64,000 nt of DNA. Source: Haliotis cracherodii (Eukaryota). Positions 25,491-38,305 of this stretch are shown piece after piece; position 1 is the first letter of the stretch, and each line of letters begins with the position of its first letter. Where the stretch lies: assembly GCF_022045235.1 (NCBI RefSeq), contig NW_027266297.1:5580001-5644000 (forward strand), in the 5' to 3' direction. A program made the position numbers and the translations under genes. The notes under the pieces are model-generated. The model was not told where the DNA came from, did no database searches, and was given only the letters and a program-made list of their open reading frames with translations.

Positions 25491-25526
25491 TGTCAATCTG
25501 CTAGGCCACCGACTAGTATCCACCAT
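25491..25526 (-). CDS. Possible upstream first coding exon of gene 1 (MVDTSRWPSRLT)
   Basis: ATG in good context (GACAATGG), 12 codons, donor ACA|gtgagt in phase 0 matching the acceptor at 22934. No transcript evidence. Confidence 0.4.
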
Positions 25527-26321
25527 TGTCGCGTCCTTGCTCTTGATACACGGTGTAAAGTGCGATGTTATCTTGGGGAGAATGGCGGTGTTATCTCCTA
25601 GAGAATACTGTGTTATCATGTCACCTATCAGCACAGGTAGGACCACTGTTACTGACCGTACCTGGTGGCGCCACGTTCGCTTTTAACTCATTGTCAAATG
25701 TTATTATTTATTTTCTTGCTGTAAAGTTATTAATGTTACTACCAATAACCGCGTAGAGAGTGTTTGGTTGAACATTATTCTAGGTCTAAGCACGGGGTGT
25801 CAGCTTCGTGAGGCTGGAAAGTAAGAAATGACGCAGGCCTCAGACGTTTACCACTTAGGTAAAACCCACGAACACGGGTATGGTGCTAACAAACCTAGAA
25901 ACATAATCAAGCCGAACCAGGATTCGAACCCACGATCAGATGCACAGTGAATTGCGGCGCCTCAGACGACTGGGCTACACATGTCCAAATTGAAAAGATG
26001 ACAGTCCTTTGAAAGGCATTATTGCGGACGCCATGTTATTGTCGACTTTGGGAACGAACGTCTTTGTTGTGGCAACAGAATAAAGATGTATTGTCATATA
26101 AATGTATACCAAAGCACTTCCGAGAGAAACTTCTTCATGAGCGGTGATTTTCAGCTCGCATCTCCTCCTCAACCAGAAGGGGCGGTGGGGTAGCCTATTG
26201 GTAACAATATTTTGTCTTCATTAATATATGGAGAATCTCACTCTCGCGTGTTTTGATATCCAATATATCAATATTAGTCGATAAAAAATTAAAACTGTTG
26301 AAATGACGAGGAGTTACCTTG

Positions 26322-26430
26322 AGGAGTTGTCAAATGTCAAGGTCCATTCCCCGACAACAACCAGTCGTCTTCAGCCTCTAGATGCCGGTATAATCCAGTC
26401 CTTCAAAGCCCAATACCGGAAGCTGCAGTT
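26322..26430 (+). pseudogene. pogo/Tigger DDE transposase fragment
   Basis: LSNVKV..PTTTSRLQPLDAGIIQSFKAQYRKL. Confidence 0.7.
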
Positions 26431-27339
26431 TAATCACCCAGCTGTCTAACCATGCATGAGTGGTTTCTCTGTGGCTCAGTGTTAACTGTGTAGTCACAGT
26501 CCCGTATTATCTGTTAGGGGGAAACTGTAAATGGGCATAGGGGTGTTTGGGTGGGGACAGCTTGAGATGGGGATTAATAAAGCAGTGTATTTATTCAAAT
26601 TCTTAGTAATGGAATAAGATTAATTAAAGGGAGTTTTCATTCAAGAAATGTATGTAAAATAACACAGAGTCATAGCAGATAATAGAAACAATGTCGTTAG
26701 AACTGATTGTAACTGAAATACTTCAAACCACAGGTAGGTAGATCGGTAGTTATACTTAATATTTCAATAGCAATTGTCTGTGAAACATTTGATCTGGTTT
26801 TAACGGGCAAATAATTGTTGAATGTTATGCTTGTCGTGAACGGTGTAGTGTCTGTGTGGAATAATTGTTGACAACATTATGCTTGTGTCATTTGTTAATA
26901 TAAGAGAGATAAATAAATTTTGCAAGAAAATGTGACTTCTTGTTATAATTTTGTGCATCCCTGTTCACAGTAAAATGAATTGATCCACGCGCGTACTTTA
27001 TCTAACTAGCAAAGTAACTAATCCCTGACTTTACCGGGGTTGTCAAATAGCTACTGTTTACCTGTTTTAAACAGAACAAGAACAAGAACAAGAAGAATGA
27101 TATTTTATTAAAGTGTCACATGTTGTACATAAGCAGATAAATTACATTTTATTCATATTAAAAAAACACAACATCCGGCCAAAGAGACCCATGGGACGCT
27201 CGTGCCACTAAGATAACAATAAAAATCCGCAAAGTGCATGTAGGTAAATAATTGATAAAATATTTAACATTTTAAACCTCTTATTAAATATTAAAGTTAA
27301 CACAGAATTTACGACGCTGAAACATTTATATCTTAACTT

Positions 27340-27970
27340 ACAACTCTCTAAGTTAAGATTGCTTTGTGGAATGGGCGGCTGATCGTAACAAAAATTTAAA
27401 ATGGCGTACTTAGTGAGTTACAATCAACTTAGCCCTTAGATCGCTTTGTCGAACGGGGCAGGGCCTACTTGCACAAAGCGATCTTAGCGCTAAGATGATC
27501 GTAACTCCCATACTTTGGCATAGTCTTACAATAGTCTTAGCGCTAAGATCGCTTTGTGCAAGTGGGCCCTGGGGCCTGTTCCACGAAGCGATCTTAGTGC
27601 TATGATTGTCGTAAGCCTATGTTAAAGAATGGGAGCTACGATCATCTTAGCGCTAAGATCATTTTGTGGAACGGGGTCCTGGACCAGTTTAGGATCGCTA
27701 AAATCGATCTTAAATATGGTACCATAACAACAAAGATGGCGACTTGTATTATGATGTGCAAGGGAATGGACCGTGTCTTACACAAAGTGAGGGTTTTTAG
27801 ATATATTCATTATTTCAAAGGTATGGTGCATGTTTGGGTACGTATGTTGACTTACTATTATATCAGATAACATTCTGACAGTCCACAGCTCACTTACTTG
27901 TTAGCGATGTTTTCGCTACGACACCCTTACGCCAATCTAAGCGCTAAAGCAGCTTCGTGAATAGGCCTTC
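27340..27970. mobile_element. Cluster of palindromic about 105-bp MITEs (complete copies at about 27462-27568 and 27572-27679, plus partial copies)
   Basis: TIR GGCCYACTTGCACAAAGCGATCTTAGCGCTA; copies are flanked by CAG/CTG trinucleotides. Confidence 0.75.
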
Positions 27971-29283
27971 AGAGTCTTTGGAGTACAGGATATATACAGT
28001 AACCAGCTTCACTGTCAGAGTGAGTAGTGAGATCATTTGATTATGACGTCATGGTAAGCGATGAAGTCACAATCATCTGCAAAGCATTATGATGCAGTTT
28101 CATTGAAGCGGTATGTCCTTTGAGGTATGGAGGCTATCTAAAAGCGGCGAAATCCACATTCGTTCACTCTAACTTTCTCTCATCGACGGCCAAAGGAAAC
28201 CCTTATCATTGTAACCTGATCACAATGTAACATATCGTCACGATTATTTTACCATAGTCTGAACGGTCATGGTTTTCCAAAACCTTCTCTCACTATGGCT
28301 GATATCGACAGGGCAGGACACCCGTTTCACCAACACCTGGTGTCATCTCAGTGTGTTTTAGGGTGTTCCGTGTGTAGTTTCTGCAGGTTTTTTAAACATG
28401 TGGAAAATAAAAGAAGCCATATATATATATATATATCACTGATTATTGTATTTCAGTTCCTACATAGCCAACAAAATCACCATGGGGTTACAATATGTTC
28501 CCAGTATCCCTTGACGGTTTTAAGAGGAGATTTTACGGATTGGGTGGTCTGGCACGGTGACTTGGTTGATTGCGTTTCATTGTACCCCGACGCCTGTATT
28601 GCTTGTTCCAGATTTGATTATTTACATGTTCAAAATATAGCTGAAATATTGTTGAGAAAGACGTTATAACGGCCAACAAAATGCGAAGAAATTATAAAAA
28701 CACGCATGTTTGATAATCATATCTATAATATTTCTGGTAAATACGTAAAATGCATGTTACAAGATTTTAACAAGCTCCAAAATGTGTATTGATTGAAATA
28801 GCTTATATCAAAAACAAAACTATACCGAGTTTGCTTTTATGTCATTGATTATGAATTTTGTCTATTTAACTCTCACTCATTCCTGCAACAGTAATCTGTT
28901 GCTTGGTAATTTTGTGTAAAGATAAATTGGTACAATGAAGACTTGGGTAAGAAATGAATTTGCAACCACATAACCCCAACCATGTTTGAAATGTAAATTT
29001 GAGCCGGAAAAAAAGCAAAGCTTCTAAATCAAATTATATCTTTAAAAAAAGAAGCTTGTACAAATATTTTTTTGAGTGCTGATTAAGTGCTAGTACAGTT
29101 CATTTTTCGGGTATGGTATCGCTAACTTAAGAAATTATTTACTGAAAAAAATACATATAAGATCAACTTTGAGGTATAGTATATTAGACTAAAAGTAACA
29201 GACTGCTGGGTTCGTATACCCGACTGAGGACACTCTCGCTAGTAAAGAATCATAAGCTTGTAAATTCAATCACTTGTTAACAA

Positions 29284-30363
29284 TCATTTCTTGATCCAGA
29301 TCATATTATCTGGCCAGGCGGAATATTCTTCAACTTCGAGGAGGTCGTGAGCAGAGACGTCTGTGTAGGGCAGGAAGCCGTTCCTGGTGAGGAAGTTGGC
29401 GATCTCGCGCCCGTGAGGGGAGTGACGCTGAAACATCCACTCCATCATGATGTAACGGACGTCAAACGTTTGGAAGAACTGGGAGGCCCGACGAAACGCG
29501 TTCACCTCGTGACCTTCAATGTCCATCTTGATAAACACCTTCTTGAAGTCCACAACACGTACCAGATCATCCAACACTATCGAATCAACAATGGTGTCGT
29601 TGTCGTTACGTGTTGACTCAGATACGGGTTCGATCCTGGACCCGCCGACGTTGTACCGGTTGATGAGGACTTTGACAGGCGCCACGTGGTCGGAGACAGC
29701 GTTGAGAAGGAGCTGGACGTTGTTCCGGAGTCCGGCGTACGTGAGAGAGGAATGGAGCAAGAACAAGTTTGAACTGATTGGATCCACGGCAACAACCTTC
29801 CTCCCCATTAGAGCAGCGTACATCGTGTACATGCCGACATTACACCCGATATCAACTACGTGCATTCTGGGAATGGATGACAGAGCCGTTGCCATGGCAG
29901 CGAGAATATCCGGTTCCCAGGATCCAGTGTCCCGGATGTGAGATGAAATGAACTGATCTCGTTTGCTGTATACACAAAGACGAGTTCCATTCTTCATAGT
30001 CTTGAATGGAACACAACTTCTCCTGCCAACGAGTCTGTGTGGATTATATACATACAGTTTACCCTTCTTATTTCTCTTTCCTATCTTCTCAGCGTATTTT
30101 TTATCTTTCCCTTCTTTAAAGATGTGTTTGTTGAAATGCACACGGTTGATGTAGTCATCAAATGGTTCTGTGGGTTGGCGAAGTCGTGAGTCGTGGATGA
30201 AGTCCACGTAATCCTTTTCCTCCTTCAGGCGATGCTCCCAGTATCTCGCTCCCCCAGACCCTCCCCCAATAGATAAATATGTATACCACGCCAGCAGGAG
30301 CGCTAGTAGCGCCACGATCAGTATCGCCGCACAAGACGACTTCGTCATGGACCGCCGTATCAT
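29284..30363 (-). CDS. FkbM-family (Methyltransf_21) SAM-dependent methyltransferase, type II membrane, copy A, 359 aa, intronless CDS
   Basis: N-terminal TM helix AAILIVALLALLLAWYTYL; motif I VDIGCNVGMYT; VAVDP; NAVSD; KMDIEGHE; IMMEW. First ATG is at 30363, with an in-frame TGA upstream. 5'UTR acceptor gtttcag| at 30593. Confidence 0.92.
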   Translation of the reverse strand: MIRRSMTKSSCAAILIVALLALLLAWYTYLSIGGGSGGARYWEHRLKEEKDYVDFIHDSRLRQPTEPFDDYINRVHFNKHIFKEGKDKKYAEKIGKRNKKGKLYVYNPHRLVGRRSCVPFKTMKNGTRLCVYSKRDQFISSHIRDTGSWEPDILAAMATALSSIPRMHVVDIGCNVGMYTMYAALMGRKVVAVDPISSNLFLLHSSLTYAGLRNNVQLLLNAVSDHVAPVKVLINRYNVGGSRIEPVSESTRNDNDTIVDSIVLDDLVRVVDFKKVFIKMDIEGHEVNAFRRASQFFQTFDVRYIMMEWMFQRHSPHGREIANFLTRNGFLPYTDVSAHDLLEVEEYSAWPDNMIWIKK

Positions 30364-31039
30364 GATCTTCACCCTTGCCACAAACACAGGAACATGGAGT
30401 GGAGTTGGACAAGTATCACAGTGCCATTGATCACCCACTTCCTCGTCCAACAGTTCTCAGAACGGGCGATCCTTGATAAAGTAGCAATGTAAAGTCTGTA
30501 CCTTTGTTCGTGGTATTTTCCGTTCATTGTAGTTTTGACTTGGGAACGATGGTGTTCACACTGAATATATCCTTGTTTAGAACATCGTAGAAGCTGAAAC
30601 GTTTGAACAGATTGTTTAGACATGACGGAAAACTAGGGGGGGAATTAACTTGTGGAACAACAAGAAACATTTTACAAGTCGAATAATTAAGCCTAACACA
30701 TACAGTTTCTGTGTTTTGCTTTATGTGTTTGTTGCTTAACGCCGAACTCAGCAATATTGCGGCTACATGACGGCGGTCTGTAAATAATTGAGTCTGCACC
30801 AGTCAAGACAGTGATTGAAATCATGAACATCGATCCACGCAATTGAGATACGATGACATTCATCAACCAAGTCATCAACCCGATCAAGCATGGTTTGTTG
30901 AAGTCCAGTGTATTCTAGGATGCCTTATCAACGCTGAAGTACATGATCAATACGGGTCTCCTTTAATGTGTAGTCGGATATTAAATATACCTCCTCCCTG
31001 TAAAATTTTGATCGGTATAGAATCAGGGCGACAACATTT

Positions 31040-31760
31040 ATTTTGGGCCTATAGATGTTTTGTTTATTCAAACTGAATGAAGCGCCTTCAGAGTTACTTC
31101 CCTTTGCATAGCTGCGTGCTTCGCGTGCCTTGAGGAAATCTATCAACTAGCTGGGACGGAATTGATGTGTTTTATCGCTGTGTTTTCTTCTTAACCCTGA
31201 GTTTAATGAATGCTAGCTTTGTCTACTATATTCCGAGGCTTCTACCACAAAATTGCATTTGTTTTAATAGGCCTGGGGCAAAATATGGCCAGTGGATACA
31301 ACACTTCCGCATTGTGATAGGGAATCAGGCAGGGAGGCACATTTAGCCCCAGTAACTTCGATAAATGGACTATTATATACCCTGTAACAATAGTTTAAAG
31401 CATGATTATAATTTTTTTCCTCATTTCTTTCAACAGTGAAAAATCCGAAATACACGTGTCATAATGTAAACAACTGAATAAACATACTATTGCCGATAGC
31501 TGTTCAACTGCTATGTGTGCAATACTACACTGCTGATACAAATGAATGTAATCTCTGTTCCTACCTTTGGGGTTAATGTTGAAGCCCCACCTCCTGCTAG
31601 ACCCCCTCCTGATACCCAGGGACGGGGCTTGTCCCTCATCCTGTCTCCTGCATATGACAGTACATACGGTAGCCGAGTGACCTTGACATACGGCATTCAG
31701 TCAGATTACCGTCCACAGCCCAGGTGTGTCACCTGATAGCGACAGATAACACAGGTGGCT
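31040..31760 (-). promoter_or_regulatory. Duplicated 5' region of FkbM copy A (putative promoter, non-coding first exon and intron start), paralogous to about 39720-40430
   Basis: Colinear similarity between the two blocks, strongest around a candidate donor GGCTACC|gtatgt (about 31666 and 40343) and CAGGTGTGTCACCTG. Confidence 0.55.
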
Positions 31761-31966
31761 ATTGTGCAGTCCCTGGCTCTATACAACTGAGGTATTGTTA
31801 CTATTTACTGGAGTTTCTATAGGAAGGATGGGAATGAATGCTGACACTCCAAAATGTTCCCATCAATGAGGATGCCTGAATTGTTCAGGAGGTTCGAATC
31901 TGACACGACAGCCATATTCAAAACCCAATTGTGGCCATTATTCGTCCAGTTATTGTTTTATATGTA

Positions 31967-32143
31967 CAGTAAACTACGGTTCAATACAACGAACTCAAAG
32001 GGGCCACTAATTTTAGTTCGTAATATCCGTAGTTCGTTATAAGCATATATACAGCATATGTATATCTAACAGACGGGACCCAAAAGAGTTCGTTATATCC
32101 GCCAGTTCGCTGTAAGCGCGTTCGTTATAAACGTAGTTTACTG
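31967..32143. mobile_element. Tc1/mariner-pogo type MITE
   Basis: TA|CAGTAAACTACG ... CGTAGTTTACTG|TA. Confidence 0.8.
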
Positions 32144-32207
32144 TATTTAAATTTGATACGTGGGGAGTTTGTAGTTGGGGTTAATTTGTGTGTTCTTACT
32201 TTTGAGT

Positions 32208-32375
32208 GGGCGGTCGGGTAGCCTAGTGGTTAAAGCGTTCGCTCGTCACGCCGAAGACCCGGGTTCGATTCCCGACATGGGTACAATGTGTGAAGCCCAT
32301 TTCTGGTGTCCCCCGCCGTGATATTGCTGCAATATTGCTAAAAGCGGCGTAAAACCAAACTCACTCACTCACTCT
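32208..32375 (+). mobile_element. SINE family A copy
   Basis: Near-identical to the 44111 copy; TSD tcttacttt.gagt. Confidence 0.88.
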
Positions 32376-32694
32376 TACTTTAGAGTTATTGTAAATACTG
32401 ATCTTGATTTTACCTTTGTATTTTGATCATATTCTTTAACGTCTTCTTCTACCCTGAAGCTGCTTGTCTACTTCAAAAAATGGAATCTTTACTAAGGTCG
32501 TACATGTTATAACCCTGCTCAATAAGAGTCATTTCACGTTCTTTGAAATAGTCATAGAAAGGTCAGGCTTAATTGTACCCCAAAAGTTGTGAGATGTACA
32601 CACTAATGGCGGAAGCTGCTGGAACACTGTTCCACGCGAAGGGGAAGTCAGTGAAGTCGGTGATGTCTTAGCTCTTGGCATAAAATGGATGATA

Positions 32695-34178
32695 AACTGA
32701 CGTCCAAAAGAAACTTTACCAACTGAAAATATAAATTTCAGACAAAGTATAAAATTATTTTCGATGAAGTGTATCTAAAACACATAACCTAAATCAACAG
32801 TAATGTATGCAGAAAATGTTAATCGTCTGTTACGTGTTTGCGAGACAACACGCGAGTGAAAAACTCGTGCACCACGGACAACTGCAAATGCACGTGCGGG
32901 TAAGGGTATAAAACGATTGCAACGGCAAGTCAGACATCCACAGTGATAAAAAAAATACAAAAGAAGTGCCACGACTCACAGTCGAACAACGTGAACGAGC
33001 CTTGGGTATGGTACAGATGGGAGCCACCCACGCCCATATTGCACGAACCTTCGGTTGCTCCCGTGTTGCCGTTACCAACTTGATGCAACGTTACGAATAG
33101 GGCGGACCGCTGACAGGCTAAGAACAGGCAGGCCAAGGGTGACCACGCCCCATGATGACCGGTACTTGCGTACCTTGCACCTCCGAAATCGCTTCCTGAC
33201 AGTGACGTCATAGGCGACAAATGCCTTAGGTTACAGGGTTAGTCGACAGACAGTTGACAGGAGAATCAGCGCTTTTAGACCATACAGATGACAGCTATTG
33301 ACAGCGCAACATCGTCGTCCCCGATTGAGATGGGCCCGGACTGTACGACGTTGGCAACGACCTGACTGGCAGGGGTTGTCTTCACTGACGAAAGTCGATT
33401 CTGCATTCACGTGTTTACCGCCGAAGAGGTGAACGAACGGCGGCGGGTTGCGTGCAGGAGGTCGTACCATATAGTGGAGGGAGTGCCATGGTGTGGGGAG
33501 GGATCTGTGGGCAGGAGAGGACACCGCTGGTCATCGTTGACGGAAATTTGACAGCTCAGCGTTACATGGATAACATTCTTCGTCCAGCTCCAACAGCAGC
33601 CACGTGGTGTCATTTATCAGCATGACAACGCTAGAGCCCATACAGCCAGAATTGTCACTAACTTCCTCGCAGCCAACAACGTCAACGTCCTGCCGTGGCC
33701 TGCACGCTCACCCGACATGTCCCCCGTAGAACACCTCTGGGACTTGATGGATCGTCGTGTTCGACAACGACCACACTCTCCAGCCAACCGGCAAGAACTG
33801 ATCTTGGCCCTCCAAGAAGAATGGCGTCAAATCCCACGTCACCTCATCAGACGACTGACTTTTTCTGTGCGTCGAAGATTTTTGCGTGTGTTGAGGCATT
33901 TGGTGGTCACACACGCTACTAATGACTTGTTATTGAACGTGAGCGATTGTTTATGTACTCTGCCTATTGTCCATGATTCTGAAAGCTCGAGTTTTGTACC
34001 ACACCCAACTTTGGGGGGTTCTGACGTCATTCTCGGTCGCGGTATGATTGTCATTTTCAGTTTTGATTATGTTGATATATTGATCTTCTCAATACACTTT
34101 ACTTCATGCATGTATGTTTTGTTGTTTTTGAGCAAGAGTGATTTCAAACTCTGGTAAAAAAAATGTTGGACGTCAGTT
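32695..34178 (+). mobile_element. Tc1-family (DD34E) transposon with pseudogenised transposase (about 32966-33920)
   Basis: TA|AACTGACGTCCAA ... TTGGACGTCAGTT|TA; HTH PRLTVEQRERALGM..IARTFGCS; VFTDESRF; QHDNARAH; WPARSPDMSPVEHLWD; frameshifts. Confidence 0.9.
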
Positions 34179-35776
34179 TATATTGTCAGTCTTAATCTTA
34201 ATGCACAGATCTGATAGGAGACAGATTCCACTGGTCTCTTATACGTATAGTTCTGGTGGGTACATCAATGAAACAAAAGAAGCTATTTGATCAGATCACC
34301 ACAAAAATAAAGCCATCCAAGTCATTAATTAACAATATCACAAGTTGTATAATGATCAATAAAGATTCATTTTCTCAACACCTACAAAGAAGAACGCCAG
34401 TTTTTAAGCGCCAAGCGTACGTAATAACATATCTATGCTGAAAACCGTTGTTTAAATGTTTTAGCTCCTAAATACAAACATCAACTCGTTCCTTGTCCGA
34501 TAACTTTCCTTGTCCGAAAAAACATGTTTAGGATTGTGTTTAAACCTTAATATGTTAATCTGTTTGGAAGATATTATTATAATATGACGCAGTGAGAGAT
34601 CACTTCAAAACGGTATTAGCTTCAGACTTCAGCCTCGCACAACGACCAAGATTTTTTTTCTGACCTCTGCATGATCTAAGCGACCTTTTGATAAAACTTC
34701 TCCGAGGTTCCTCTTAAATGAAATACTGTTCAAATCGGCCTTAACCCCGACAAACGCTCACGTACACACAAGGCTAACCAACGTCATATACCCATTGATA
34801 CAACTGTAGATCTGCTGTAAACATTTCTCAGTATATTCCAACGTTTCCTTAAATGGATTACAGGAAATCACGAAGTCACGAAGTGATTTCATGTTTGTTT
34901 ATCTGTTGTTTAAAGCCGCATTCGGCAATATTTTAGCTATATGACGATGGTCTGTACACAATCGAGTCTAGATTGGGCAATCCAGTGGTTGACGTCATGA
35001 GCATCGATCTACGCAGATTGGATACGATGATATCCATAAGGTCTGTGAGTCTGCCCACCCGATCCCGTTAGTCGCCTCTACGACAAGCATGGGTTGCTGA
35101 AGACTAATACTTGGATCTCCTCCGGACGGGGAAATTGATATCAACAAGGTATTTATTTCTCTGAGCGTGTGCGTATTGGTGTGTGGGTCTGTGGTCTTAT
35201 GAAATATGAACAAGAGATCACAACTTATAACTGATAATTTTATTTCATTTTGTAAAAACCCAACATAGTATAGTTTTAATACAACGCTGAACACATAGAC
35301 ATGTATTTTCACATTATATTATTTATAGTAAATATTTAGGAAGCGATAACATGTGTATTTTGTGCATTTTTCCAAATATAAGAGTATAAAAATCATCATA
35401 TAAATGTATAATATATAGAGAAACATAAATATCTAAAATGCGTGTAACAACAAGATATAAAGGCGATAACACGAGGTCAAACTTATTATCGCTTAGACAT
35501 GTCAACTCTTTGTATTATTTCAAATATATAATAAATGATCCACACACAATCACCTTGTGTTTACGCAATACCAACACGTCTCGTGTATACGCAACTAAAT
35601 CATAAAAATAAGGAAAAATCTTAACAAGAAGATTTATTTATAATGAAGGGCCTTAAATGTTTTACGAAATAACACAATAACGCGCTCCTAATATACTGTC
35701 ATGGAGAAATATTTAAAAGTCTTTGTTGAAAGTCTACTTATATTTTAACATCACACACAGTTTAAATCGTGTTCAC

Positions 35777-36045
35777 GGGCGGCCCAGTCGTCTAATGCGC
35801 CGCAATTCGCTGTGCAGAGTTGCGCCCCTTGGACACGCCAGTAACAAATGAACGTTGGTTCGAATCCCGGTTCGCCCCGATTATGTTTCCAGGTTTGTCA
35901 GCACCATACCCGTGCTCGTGCGTGTCACCAAAGTGGTAAACTCTGAGACCTGCATAACTTCGGGCTTTCCTCCCACATTAAGCTGACACGCCGTGATATA
36001 ACTGGAATACTGTTGAAATCGGTGTTAAATAATACTCACTCTCTC
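35777..36045 (+). mobile_element. tRNA-derived SINE family D (V-SINE-like 3' half). Other copies or fragments: 1855-2085 -, 7520-7568 -, 8110-8290 -, 17562-17675 +, 25830-25975 -, 45815-45885 -, 61710-61880 -
   Basis: A box CAGTCGTCTAA.GCG, widely spaced B box GGTTCGAATCCC, 3' CTTTCCTCCCAC..AAGCTGACACGCCGTGATATAACTGGAATAC. Confidence 0.8.
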
Positions 36046-36262
36046 ACAGTTTAGATCACAATGTTTACACGGTTAACACCCATTGAGAACAGACCATTGC
36101 CATGGAAGTTAAAAAACCTGTTATTAAGGACACCGACGAATACTATAGAGATTACAACATTCGTACAGTTAACACCCAACATATCACTGAGAATACTCTG
36201 AATACTCTGACTATTAACGAATAATGCATACAAACCCACTGGCTGATCCTACTTTACAATAG

Positions 36263-37345
36263 TCATCTCTTGATCCAGATCATATTATCTGGCCAGGCGG
36301 AATATTCTTCAACCTCGAGGAGGTCGTGAGCAGAGACGTCTGTGTAGGGCAGGAAGCCGTTCCTGGTGAGGAAGTTGGCGATCTCGCGCCCGTGAGGGGA
36401 GTGACGCTGAAACATCCACTCCATCATGATGTAACGGACGTCAAACGTTTGGAAGAACTGGGAGGCCCGACGGAACGCGTTCACCTCGTGACCTTCAATG
36501 TCCATCTTGATAAACACCTTCTTGAAGTCCACAACACGTACCAGATCATCCAACACTATCGAATCAACAATGGTGTCGTTGTCGTTACGTGTTGACTCAG
36601 ATACGGGTTCGATCCTGGACCCGCCCACGTTGTCTTTATTGACGAGGACTTTGACAGGCTCCACGTGGTCGGAGACAGCGTTGAGAAGGAGTTGGACGTT
36701 GTTCCGGAGTCCGGCGTACGTGAGAGAGGAATGGAGCAAGAACAAGTTTGAACTGATTGGATCTACGGCAACAACCTTCCTCCCCATTAGAGCAGCGTAC
36801 ATCGTGTACATGCCGACATTACACCCGATATCAACTACGTGCATTCTGGGAACGGATGACAGAGCCATTGCCATGGCAGCGAGAAGATCCGGTTCCCAGG
36901 ATCCAGTGTCCCGGATGTGAGATGAAATGAACTGATCTCGGCGTCTGCTGTATACACAAAGACGAGTTCCATTCTTCATAGTCTTGAATGGAACACAGCT
37001 GCTCCTGCCAACGAGTCTGTGTGGATTATATACATACAGTTTACCCTTTTTGTTCCTCTTTGATATCTTCTCAGCGTAAATTTTATCCCTCCTTTTTATA
37101 AAGTTATGGTAATTGAAATGCACAGGGTTGATATAGTCTTCAAATGATTCCGTGGGATGATGAAGTCGTGAGTCCTGGATGTAGTCTACGTAATCATGTT
37201 CCTCCTTCAGACGATTCTCCCAGTATCTCGCTCCCCCAGACCCTCCCCCAATAGATGAATATGTGTACCACGCCAGCATGAACGCCAGTAGCGCCACGAT
37301 CAGTATCGCCGCACAAGACGACTTCGTCATGGACCGCCGTATCAT
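36263..37345 (-). CDS. FkbM-family methyltransferase, type II membrane, copy B, 360 aa (tandem paralogue of copy A)
   Basis: Same motifs and near-identical catalytic domain to 29284-30363. 5'UTR acceptor gtttcag| at 37630. Confidence 0.92.
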   Translation of the reverse strand: MIRRSMTKSSCAAILIVALLAFMLAWYTYSSIGGGSGGARYWENRLKEEHDYVDYIQDSRLHHPTESFEDYINPVHFNYHNFIKRRDKIYAEKISKRNKKGKLYVYNPHRLVGRSSCVPFKTMKNGTRLCVYSRRRDQFISSHIRDTGSWEPDLLAAMAMALSSVPRMHVVDIGCNVGMYTMYAALMGRKVVAVDPISSNLFLLHSSLTYAGLRNNVQLLLNAVSDHVEPVKVLVNKDNVGGSRIEPVSESTRNDNDTIVDSIVLDDLVRVVDFKKVFIKMDIEGHEVNAFRRASQFFQTFDVRYIMMEWMFQRHSPHGREIANFLTRNGFLPYTDVSAHDLLEVEEYSAWPDNMIWIKR

Positions 37346-38305
37346 GATCTTCACCCTTGCCACAAACACAGGAACATGGAGTGGAGTTGGACAAGTATCA
37401 CAGTGCCATTGATCACCCACTTCCTCGTCCAACAGTTCTCAGAACGGGCGATCCTTGATAACGGGAGGTGAAAGTTTGTGTCTTGCACTGTTCGTGAAAA
37501 CATCAGTTCTTTTATTCTTCAGTTGTATGTACATCATGTACGTCATTACAGTAGCTTATATTGTGGCCCTCTCCGGAATTGACAGTGTTTGTTATCACAG
37601 GGAATGTCCTTGTTTAGATCAGTATAGAAGCTGAAACATAAAGAATATATTGTATTTTTATTACCCTCCCCTAGAGCCTGTTATACGTTTTCGTGGCCCT
37701 CCGCTAATTCCCTCTGACCCACCCACCCCTATAATAAATGTCCGGTCAGTTTTACCTCATGGGTCTATCTTCGTTATAAAAGATTCTGCAAATCATGTGC
37801 GTGTCATGAAGAAACATGAGATTGTCGGATACAGAGCTCGGTATCCCGCGTCCCAAAAGTGCACTCTCATGTGGTATTCCGGATACCCCCTCAACCCACC
37901 CTAAAAACAGTTTCAGTTTCTAATGTCTTAATAATGACGACACAAATTATTCCGTCTCTCATAAAAATCCCAGATACGGAAGGTCTTGCCGCGTTACGGG
38001 ATTTTACGAGATGAACTTATCTGTGTACACCCCTTGTACTGGTATTCGGTTTTAAATAGCCCCGCTCGTGAGACATATATAACGAATTTATCATTACGAG
38101 TTCACATAGATATTTTCGGTGAAATATTTAATGTGTCACAGCTCGATCTCTCATTTGACCGCTCTCAGTACTACGATAACTCCCAGTGCCCACAGGGTCA
38201 GTTGTGACGTAACAAGCCAATGACGTTACATCATACATTATGACGTCATGCAATCCGTCTAGGGGTATCCGGTAGCTAGATTATTTAACGAGTGTTGATA
38301 ATGTG

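Noticed and set aside
30364-30450. N-terminal extension MDEEVGDQW... of FkbM A (and 37346-37432 of B)
   Set aside because: The ORF track starts at a TTG. The first ATG is at 30363/37345 and there is an in-frame stop just upstream, so this is treated as 5'UTR.
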